Shown: positions 1-7,624 of the stretch, piece after piece
How the letters are laid out: each line of letters starts with the position of its first letter
How positions within the stretch are numbered: the first letter of the stretch is position 1
NCBI GenBank assembly: GCA_963978095.1
Contig: CAXBQP010000048.1
Location: 1-23,840, forward strand
Reading direction: 5' to 3'
Origin: an uncultured bacterium
GTDB lineage: Bacteria; Gemmatimonadota; Gemmatimonadetes; Gemmatimonadales; Gemmatimonadaceae
Length of the DNA: 23,840 bases
Program-made: the position numbers and the translations under genes
Notes under the pieces: model-generated
What the model was told of the DNA's origin: nothing
The model's input: the letters and a program-made list of their open reading frames with translations, nothing else
Database searches by the model: none

Positions 1-449
<449 letters not shown>

Positions 450-600
450 GGTACACCCTCCCCGCGCGCGGTGCGCGCCGAAGCTGAGCTGGCAGAACCC
501 TCGAAGCATGTGGGAGGCCGGCGCCGGGCGAAGTCAGGGAGGGACGCGCCCGCTGTAGGGGAAGCCCCTCGCCAATCCGTGCGCTGGCGTCCGGTGTGCG

Positions 601-621
601 TCGCGGGGCGAGCCCCCGCGA
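601..621 (-). terminator. GC-rich hairpin just downstream of the DUF5916 gene stop, possible weak terminator or processing stem
   Basis: tcgcgggg-cgagc-ccccgcga, 8-bp perfect stem, 13 nt past the TAG at 635-637; no U-tract. Confidence 0.35.
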
Positions 622-634
622 AGGGCAGGGACGG

Positions 635-2992
635 CTAGCGGAGCGGCTCGAACACGTAGCTCGCCTTGAGGAAGAAGGCGTCGGCCGTGCGGCGCAACTG
701 GTTGAAGGCCAGTGGAGACGGTTCGGTCATGGTGTCGCCATATCCCGCAAAGACGACCGTACCCGGCGACGGGCGGTACGAGAAGAGGAAATCCGTCCGC
801 AGGGTGTTGGTCGCACGCCGCGTGGTGGTCGTGAACGTCGTTCCCGATCCGGTGAGCAGCGTGCGCCCGGTCGCGGGATCGACGAGCGGCTCACGCACCG
901 ACGCTTCGTATTGGGAGACGATGCGCACGAACATCGCGCGGGAGAGCTGATATTCCGTCTTGAGACGGGGAATGCGCGTGCTCGCGGTCTGGACGCCGTC
1001 ACGGACGCGGGTGAAGCTCGAACTCACCCACGTGGCCGTCATCCGCAGTTGCTCGGTGGGGCGCAGGTCGAGGGACGCACTCACATCCCGACGGTGGACC
1101 GATGTGACCTCGAGGAAGTCCACATCCTGGCCGAGCGTCGTGCTGACCGACGCCGTGAAGCGGCGGAACTGCGGCGTGGTGACGCTCAGCGTCACGACCG
1201 CTCCATCGAGCGGGCCCACCGGAACGAACGGGCGTGCGATGCCCGCGGCATCGGGGACCCGCGTCCCGGTGTACGCCGCAGAGTCGAAGGCATAGCGTGT
1301 GACGGTGGGACTCGCACCGACCGTCCATCCACCGCGGAAGGTGAACGAGTTGTTCATGTTCGCGGTCCGTTCGAGCACCGAGTGTCCGGCGAAAAAATCG
1401 TTGTACTTCCACGTGCCGATCAGCCGCAGGAAGCCCGTGTATCGTTCGAAGACGCTGCCTGGCGCGCCGTACACGGAGAGGCGGTTGGCGAAGGACGGTT
1501 GCACGATCCCGGTGCGCGCGACGAATCCGTTGTCCGCGGCGAAGTCCGGGTGGATGCCGAGGATGCTATAGTGGAATCCGTACGCGCGTCCCGTGCCATC
1601 CACCACCGCTTCCCACAGGGGGCCACTTCGGCTCGTGCTGCCGGATTCCGTGCTGCTCTGCACGACTTGGAACTGCGCGAAGTAGAGTTTCTGGAATACG
1701 ATCTTGGTGTCGGCGCCCACGACGCGGTTGGTGCGGCCGCCGCCGGAGCGGTCGCTGTACAGGAGGCCCGCCGTGTTCTGCTGGTCAAAGGCCTGCTGCA
1801 GACGCAGGATGTTGACCGTCGGGTGCGACGAGTTGGTCCCTTGGCCGTCGACGGCCGAGAGCAAGGCGATGTCGGCGCGTCCCACCTTGCCCGTGAACTT
1901 CGCGGCGGCGTCGGGTTGGACGATGCGGCGCGTATACACGAGCGTGTTCGGCACATTGAACTGATCGCTCCCTTCCACGAAGAAGGGGCGGCGTTCCGGG
2001 TAGAACAGGGCGAATCGCGCATCCGTGGCGATCTGCTGCGCGTCGGCCTCGACCTGCGAGAAGTCCGGGCGCACGGTGCCGTTGACCACGAAGTTGCTGC
2101 CGATGCCCCATCGGATGTTGCCGCCAAGTTGCGGGCTCGCGCTGTATTTCCAGTCCCCGCCAGCGGCGGCGCTCGCACCGGTCAATGCATCGGTCACCTC
2201 GGGATTCACGGCGAGGGTCTGTCCGTGCAGCATCCCGGAAAGCCCGGTGATGGTCCCTTCCTGCGCGATGAAGCTGGCGCCGGCTTTGAGCGCCGGTGTC
2301 CAGGTTTCTTCGTATCCGTTGTGTTGCACCTTGCGGTCGATCTGCAGGCCCCAGCGCTGGTCGCCGCCGATGGGATAGCGCAGGGACTTGAAGGGGATGC
2401 GGACTTCCACTTGATAGCCGAAATCGGTCAGTCGTCCCTTGGAGTCCCAGACGAAATCGGCGCTGAGGTCATTCATGCCGGGCGCGACGTTGGCACCGGG
2501 AATGAACCCGCCGCCTTCGGCCTTCGTGCCATCGGCCTGCACGCCGAGCGGATTCACGATGAAGACGAACGCGCGTCGACGCTCGAAGAAGGTGTCCAGG
2601 TGCAGCTCGATGTTGTCGTCGGCGCTGATGCGGTCGCGGTCGGCGAGTGTCGCGGCGACTTGACCGTGCGGCTCGAACGCGCGGATGCCGAAATGGATCG
2701 CGGTGGCCGAGTACCAGACGAGCACTTCGGTGGAGTCGGGGGCCGGCCGTTGATCGACGGGCGCGTACAAGGAGAACCCGGTGAGGACCGCGGCCGTGCG
2801 CCAGACCGGTTCGTCGAGCATGCCGTCGACGGTGATCGTGGCGTCGGACATCGGGATGCGGGCCGACAGCTGTCCGGCGCGACCGTGATACACCGTCGCT
2901 GATGGTGCCGCTGACGGTGTCGCGGCTGGTGTGGACAGCGCACCGCCCGGTGCAGCGGCGGCTTGGAACGCCAAGAGGAATGTTGCGAGCAT
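635..2992 (-). CDS. DUF5916-type outer-membrane protein with N-terminal CBM9-like (DOMON) domain
   Basis: 785 aa; signal peptide and Ala/Pro linker; ITVDGMLDEPVW, DDNIELHLDTF, VNPLGVQAD and EVRIPFKSLRY (CBM9-like); PDFSQVEAD...RFALFYPERRPFF and YTRRI (DUF5916); beta-signal-like end FFLKASYVF. Confidence 0.85.
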   Translation of the reverse strand: MLATFLLAFQAAAAPGGALSTPAATPSAAPSATVYHGRAGQLSARIPMSDATITVDGMLDEPVWRTAAVLTGFSLYAPVDQRPAPDSTEVLVWYSATAIHFGIRAFEPHGQVAATLADRDRISADDNIELHLDTFFERRRAFVFIVNPLGVQADGTKAEGGGFIPGANVAPGMNDLSADFVWDSKGRLTDFGYQVEVRIPFKSLRYPIGGDQRWGLQIDRKVQHNGYEETWTPALKAGASFIAQEGTITGLSGMLHGQTLAVNPEVTDALTGASAAAGGDWKYSASPQLGGNIRWGIGSNFVVNGTVRPDFSQVEADAQQIATDARFALFYPERRPFFVEGSDQFNVPNTLVYTRRIVQPDAAAKFTGKVGRADIALLSAVDGQGTNSSHPTVNILRLQQAFDQQNTAGLLYSDRSGGGRTNRVVGADTKIVFQKLYFAQFQVVQSSTESGSTSRSGPLWEAVVDGTGRAYGFHYSILGIHPDFAADNGFVARTGIVQPSFANRLSVYGAPGSVFERYTGFLRLIGTWKYNDFFAGHSVLERTANMNNSFTFRGGWTVGASPTVTRYAFDSAAYTGTRVPDAAGIARPFVPVGPLDGAVVTLSVTTPQFRRFTASVSTTLGQDVDFLEVTSVHRRDVSASLDLRPTEQLRMTATWVSSSFTRVRDGVQTASTRIPRLKTEYQLSRAMFVRIVSQYEASVREPLVDPATGRTLLTGSGTTFTTTTRRATNTLRTDFLFSYRPSPGTVVFAGYGDTMTEPSPLAFNQLRRTADAFFLKASYVFEPLR

Positions 2993-3016
2993 CGCGCCGG
3001 ACCCAGCTCCTGCTGA

Positions 3017-3424
3017 CTAGAGATCGGCGCGTTTCGGTGCCGTGGGGTCGGCGGCGGCTTGGTCGAGGAGTGCCGAGACGAGGTCGATGAGTTCGTGCTG
3101 TTCGAAGGGCTTCTGCAACACCGCATTCGCGCCGAAGGTCAGCGCGAGGCGCAGGTAGTCGGTGCCGGTCGCGTAACCACCGCCGGACATGGCGATGATC
3201 GGGACCCGTGGATTCTCCTTGCGCAACTCCCGGATCGTCTCCAACCCTTCTTTCTCGGGCATGAGAATGTCGGTGAGCACGAGGTCGATCGATTCTGCGC
3301 GAAAGATCAGCAGTCCCGCATTCCCGTCAGACGCGAGCACACCGGTGTGCCCCGCACGCTCCATCCGTTTGAGGACGGCTCGCCCGAGCTCGGGATTGTC
3401 ATCGATCACGAGAATTCTCGCCAT
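3017..3424 (-). CDS. Single-domain response regulator (CheY-like receiver)
   Basis: 135 aa: ILVIDD acidic pocket, LTDILMP phospho-Asp, MSG, QKPF; no output domain; stop lies 24 nt before the DUF5916 gene start. Confidence 0.92.
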   Translation of the reverse strand: MARILVIDDNPELGRAVLKRMERAGHTGVLASDGNAGLLIFRAESIDLVLTDILMPEKEGLETIRELRKENPRVPIIAMSGGGYATGTDYLRLALTFGANAVLQKPFEQHELIDLVSALLDQAAADPTAPKRADL

Positions 3425-3494
3425 AACCAGAAATAAACATGCTCGGTGGCCGGAGCGGGAGTTCCCGCCGGCGCATTCCCTAGCGCCGGAGAAC

Positions 3495-3560
3495 GGAAAC
3501 TATTATACTCTACTGTCGTAAAAACTTACGCTGGCTATTTTTATGCCATTCTGCCTTATG
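3495..3560. promoter_or_regulatory. AT-rich divergent promoter region with inverted repeat CGTAA-N4-TTACG (3517-3530) and a two-way GG-N10-GC sigma54-like element (3532-3548)
   Basis: Most AT-rich stretch of the window, lying between divergent genes; motifs read directly from the sequence; function inferred. Confidence 0.4.
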
Positions 3561-3701
3561 TGATCTTGGGCTGAATGCTCTCGTCGGAATGGGCGCCACC
3601 GCCGATGCGAGGGGTCGATAAGCGCGACAGGGTAGGTCACCGATGCTCCTCGCATCGGGGCTATGGGCATCTCAAAGCGGAAAGTCTCGGAGGGAAGTCG
3701 C

Positions 3702-4133
3702 ATGAAATTCGTTGCGTGCTCCAGCATCATGGCCATGGCGGTTGCCTTGGTGGCCTGCGCACCGACGCCGGTGCAGCTTGGAACGAGCCCCCAGGCGCCT
3801 GTCGCCGCCATCCCGCAGTTCGGGCTTGGCGGTGTTGGGGTGGGGATCGCCGTCTTTGACGAAGCCGGACGCATGCAACGCCCAAGTTTCTGGGCTCGCT
3901 TTGCGCCGCGCGTCGGCGGGCCTGAGGATCACAGCATCATGCTCGACGGCACCATCGGCGTCACGGTGAATGAAACCGTGCCGATTCCCGGGACCGACAT
4001 GATCAAGGCGGGACAGGTGCAGGAAGGGGCCTACTCGCAGAACAACAACCGCAACGCCACGAGTGAGGCGCGGAACTCGAAGTCGACGCCGCCGGTCGAT
4101 GCGGCCATCATCGTCAAGGTGAATCGCCCGTGA
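3702..4133 (+). CDS. Hypothetical lipoprotein (143 aa)
   Basis: ATG at 3702 preceded by GGAGGG; MKFVACSSIMAMAVALVA-C lipobox-like signal; TGA overlaps the next gene's GTG (GTGA at 4130-4133). Confidence 0.65.
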   Translation: MKFVACSSIMAMAVALVACAPTPVQLGTSPQAPVAAIPQFGLGGVGVGIAVFDEAGRMQRPSFWARFAPRVGGPEDHSIMLDGTIGVTVNETVPIPGTDMIKAGQVQEGAYSQNNNRNATSEARNSKSTPPVDAAIIVKVNRP

Positions 4134-5338
4134 CTGCGGCGTCGAGCGTTGCCGCGCGCGTCGGGTCGCGACGTGCGCTTTGCCTGACGTTGCTGCTCGC
4201 GTCTTCGCCACTGGGCGTCACCATCCGAGCGCAGGCGCCGGAACCGGTGACCGTGACGACGACCAGCCGCGACAATCCCGCGATTCTGAGCACGGCAATC
4301 GGTACGCACTTCCAAGGTTATTCCTTCGCCAAAGGGAGTGACGTCGACGCCTCCCAACTCGGGCTGATCCCGTTCTCGTACCAGCTCCTGCTCAACCCGC
4401 GCGTGTCGCTGGATGCCTACAGCGTCCACGTCGACGCGCGAGCCAAATCGGGATCCACCACGATCCGCTACAACGGACAGCTGGATTCCTGGATGCGTGT
4501 GCGCTGGCAGTACACGCCGAGTACGACACTCGCCGTTGGCGTCAGCTTCCCGACGGGACTCTCCAAGCAGGACCCCGTTCAAGCGGCGGTCGCCGGCATC
4601 ATCTCCAACGATCTGCTGGGCTATCGCGAAGGCAACTGGGGCGCGGGATGGAGCACCACGGCCGGTATCACCACCGCCTGGCGTCGCACCGATTGGCGCA
4701 TCTCGACCGGCGCCAGCATTCGCCTGTCGAGCCCGTTCGAATCCAAGCCGGATACGAACGTGCGGTACGCCCCCGGCAACGAGTTGCGCGTACGGGTCAG
4801 TGGTGAGCGGTCGTACGGTGCCAACACGTTGGCGACCGGTCTGACGGTCCAGTTGTTCCAGCAAGACCGATACAACAACAAGAACATCTTCGCGCCGGGG
4901 CCGCGTCTCCGGTTCGACCTGTCCTACGATTGGCCGAGCTTGCACCTCGGGTTCACCGACTTGTGGCGCTCCAAGGGTGACCTCTCGGCGGAGGTGCTCA
5001 ACGCGCTCGACGGCACCTACCTCCGCGACACCCTCGTGACCGTGGGCTGGCAGAACCTGCAGATCTTCACCGCGTCGACCTCCCGGCAACTCACCAGGAA
5101 CATCGCGATCTCGCCCGAACTTGGATTCAAGTGGCGGACCGCCGCGGAACAGGCGGGGCGCGGCTGGCTGCTGCTCGGCTCGGTGTTTTTCCCCATGAAG
5201 TTCGATGACATGGAGTACTTCCCGGGGTTCAAGTACGGATTCGGGTCGTTGGTCCCATCGCTGGCGGGAGCGTCCTCGAAAGCACTCGGTGGCGGCGAAA
5301 TAAGCTTCATCATTCGTCACCCGACGCGCAGGTTCTGA
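4130..5338 (+). CDS. Hypothetical outer-membrane beta-barrel protein
   Basis: 402 aa; signal peptide ending IRA-Q; alternating hydrophobic beta-strand pattern rich in W/Y/F/G; VGVSFPTG and YAPGNEL motifs resemble putative MetA-pathway/SphA-type barrels; C-terminal Phe; followed by a hairpin. Confidence 0.75.
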   Translation: MTAASSVAARVGSRRALCLTLLLASSPLGVTIRAQAPEPVTVTTTSRDNPAILSTAIGTHFQGYSFAKGSDVDASQLGLIPFSYQLLLNPRVSLDAYSVHVDARAKSGSTTIRYNGQLDSWMRVRWQYTPSTTLAVGVSFPTGLSKQDPVQAAVAGIISNDLLGYREGNWGAGWSTTAGITTAWRRTDWRISTGASIRLSSPFESKPDTNVRYAPGNELRVRVSGERSYGANTLATGLTVQLFQQDRYNNKNIFAPGPRLRFDLSYDWPSLHLGFTDLWRSKGDLSAEVLNALDGTYLRDTLVTVGWQNLQIFTASTSRQLTRNIAISPELGFKWRTAAEQAGRGWLLLGSVFFPMKFDDMEYFPGFKYGFGSLVPSLAGASSKALGGGEISFIIRHPTRRF

Positions 5339-5355
5339 GAGGGCGGGTCAACCTT

Positions 5356-5387
5356 GAGGGCGCTGCGGAACACTCCGCAGCGCCCTC
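5356..5387. terminator. Probable bidirectional terminator hairpin between convergent genes
   Basis: gagggcgctgcgga-acac-tccgcagcgccctc, perfect 14-bp stem between stops at 5338 (+) and 5412 (-); no clear U-tract. Confidence 0.7.
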
Positions 5388-5411
5388 GTCAGTGGTGGCG
5401 CGCCGTCGAAC

Positions 5412-7022
5412 TCAGTGTGCGGGGTAGTTCGCGCCGAGCGCACTCGCCGCACGAAGCCCGAGGGCGGCGAAGGTCAGCGTGCCGTTGCAGCAACTCGCGG
5501 TGACGTTGGTGGGCGCGCCGGCGATCACCAGATTCTCGTGATCGTGTGCGCGTCCGAAGCTGTCCACGACGCTCGTCGCCGGATCAAATCCCATTCGGCA
5601 ACCGCCGCCGGGATGCTCCTGCCCGATGTCGTTGGCGGACGATTCGTTGGAGATGACCCGACCGTCACCTGCGCGCGCCATCTCGCGAAAGAGCGCGCGA
5701 AGTGAGTCTTCGCTATGTCCGCGGAGCGCCACGGACTCCGGGGCGTCGCGGAACTGCAGGCGTGGCATCGGGTCGCCCCAGCGATTCTTGGCGGACGCAT
5801 CGAGCGTGAGCTCGCTCTCCTTCGCCGGCAGGACATCGTAGTAGCCGCGCACGCGCGCAACGCCGGTTGCGGCACGCGCACGCCAATCGGCGAGCATCGC
5901 ATCGCCGAACAGGACCTCGCCCTTGTCATCGCGGATCCGCGGTTCGCTGCCGAATGCCGACTCCCAGACGCGCAAGTCGTGACGCAGATACTTGTCGAGC
6001 GTGCCGGGCCGCATGAATTTCTTGGTCACCAGCGAATGCTGGACGTTGAGGCCCGGGAAGAGCCGCAGCGGCAAGCGGATCTGCGCCGCGACGTTGCGAT
6101 GGCCGCACAGGTACTTCCCCACGAGCCCGCTGCGGTTGGCCAGGCCGTCGGGATAGCGCGCGCTTTTCGAGAGCAGCAGCAGGTGCGGGCTCCACGCGAA
6201 TCCGGCGGCGAGCACGAAATGTTTGGCACGGTACTCGGTGTCGCGCTCGGGCCCGGCCGTGGCGTTCGCGGACGCGTGCGTGATGCGACCACGCGCATCC
6301 GTGTGCAGGCGTCGGACCAGGGTGTTCGTGTGGAGCGTGATCCGGCCGTCGCGCACGAGCGCGTCGAACGTGAAATCCGGGGAATACTTGGCGCCGGTCG
6401 GGCAGATCGGGTAACAGCTGTCGCACCGTTGGCAGACGCCGCGGCCGTGATACGGCACGGAGTTCTTGGCGCTCGGCTGACTCCACATCGGAATGCCTGC
6501 TTTTCCGGCCCACTCCCGCAGCTGCTGGAGGTTGTAGGAGAGCGGGAGCGCCGGCATCGGAAAGGGCTTGCTTCTCGGGTCGAGATCCGGCGGACCCTGC
6601 TCCCCGGAGATCCCGATCCGCTCTTCGGCTTCCTGATAGAAGGGATCCAGATCGTCGTAGGACAGCGGCCAGTCGTCACCAACGCCGTAGAGGGAGCGCA
6701 GGTGGAAGTCTTCCGGCGAATATCGTGGGGTGACGCCCCCCCAGTGCATGGCCAGCCCGCCCACGTTCATCGACGGGGAAAACCCGTACGCGGTACCCAA
6801 CGCATTCTGGTCGTCGAGATGATCGCGCGGCCACGGGGTCTCGCCGTACGCCTGCCAGCGCCGGCGCCGTTCGTATCGCTCCGCGAGCGCGCCGCTCGGC
6901 CCGCCCGCTTCGATCACGACGACATGCACGCGGCGCTCACGCACCAGCTTCTCGGCCATCATCGCCGCGGTGATGCCAGAGCCGATGATGCAAATGTCCG
7001 TCTCCACGACCCGTCTGCTCAT
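5412..7022 (-). CDS. GMC-family FAD oxidoreductase, large subunit of a sugar or sugar-acid dehydrogenase type
   Basis: True start is most likely MSRRVVETDICIIGSGITA at 7022 (ATGA overlap with the upstream stop), not 7415. FAD dinucleotide-binding motif, VGGLAMHWGG, WPLSYDDLDPFY, CQRCDSCYPICPTGAK Cys cluster, HPGGGCRMG, NGTLT. Confidence 0.9.
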   Translation of the reverse strand: MSRRVVETDICIIGSGITAAMMAEKLVRERRVHVVVIEAGGPSGALAERYERRRRWQAYGETPWPRDHLDDQNALGTAYGFSPSMNVGGLAMHWGGVTPRYSPEDFHLRSLYGVGDDWPLSYDDLDPFYQEAEERIGISGEQGPPDLDPRSKPFPMPALPLSYNLQQLREWAGKAGIPMWSQPSAKNSVPYHGRGVCQRCDSCYPICPTGAKYSPDFTFDALVRDGRITLHTNTLVRRLHTDARGRITHASANATAGPERDTEYRAKHFVLAAGFAWSPHLLLLSKSARYPDGLANRSGLVGKYLCGHRNVAAQIRLPLRLFPGLNVQHSLVTKKFMRPGTLDKYLRHDLRVWESAFGSEPRIRDDKGEVLFGDAMLADWRARAATGVARVRGYYDVLPAKESELTLDASAKNRWGDPMPRLQFRDAPESVALRGHSEDSLRALFREMARAGDGRVISNESSANDIGQEHPGGGCRMGFDPATSVVDSFGRAHDHENLVIAGAPTNVTASCCNGTLTFAALGLRAASALGANYPAH

Positions 7023-7624
7023 CGTCCGCGCGGCTCCGCGAGGGGGAGGGGACGGCGTGGCGCGTCCGCGAGCACACGGCACTGGTCCTTGCCGATGACC
7101 ACGCCGTACGCGAGGTCGGTCGCCGCGCTCGAGTTCGCCCAGTGTGCCAAGAGTGCGACCGCGACGTGGGGCGCGCCGACGATGTCCGAGGGCAGTCGCA
7201 CGCCGCGCCCCCGCGGCATCAGTGGGCGGACCAAGGCGCGGCGCTGGTCGATGCTCAGACTGGCGAATCCGTTGCGATGCGTGCGCTGCGCGAGCAGGTC
7301 CAGGGCGTCGAGTTGCGAACGCCATCCGGGCGTCGGGTCGGCCGCGGTGTAGGTAATCTCCTGGTCGCCGTAGCCGTGCATCTGCTCGCTTACCGGGTGA
7401 TACGCTGCCGCCCAAGCCGCGAAGTCGCGGACCGCGCGGCGGCGCGCCTCGGCGCCGAGCGATTCCGGGAGTACGGCGTCGCCCAATGCGGTGAGAAGTG
7501 CCGGGTTGAAGCCCGGCGCTGGCGCAGAGGGCGCGCCATGCGCCGCCGCGGTCGGTGCGGCCAGGGTGCTCGCGGCGGCCGCCAGCGCCGTCCGCTTCAG
7601 GAAATCGCGACGGTTTTCATTCAT
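7019..7624 (-). CDS. Tat-exported small subunit, gluconate 2-dehydrogenase subunit 3 / gamma-subunit-like
   Basis: MNENRRDFLKRTALAAAA is a canonical twin-arginine signal; LGDAVLP and FASLSIDQRRALV resemble this family; coupled to the GMC gene by ATGA. Confidence 0.8.
   Translation of the reverse strand: MNENRRDFLKRTALAAAASTLAAPTAAAHGAPSAPAPGFNPALLTALGDAVLPESLGAEARRRAVRDFAAWAAAYHPVSEQMHGYGDQEITYTAADPTPGWRSQLDALDLLAQRTHRNGFASLSIDQRRALVRPLMPRGRGVRLPSDIVGAPHVAVALLAHWANSSAATDLAYGVVIGKDQCRVLADAPRRPLPLAEPRGR

Noticed and set aside
2895..2935. Imperfect 12-bp repeats encoding TPAATPSAAPSAT
   Set aside because: Ordinary low-complexity linker after a signal peptide.
7023..7415. N-terminal extensions in the ORF track for GMC (7415), and likewise LctP (13785), oxidase (14906), ABC (17279), QueE (23222) and QueC (23653)
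   Set aside because: They overlap upstream genes or promoter DNA; internal starts match family N-termini and mostly stop/start overlaps.
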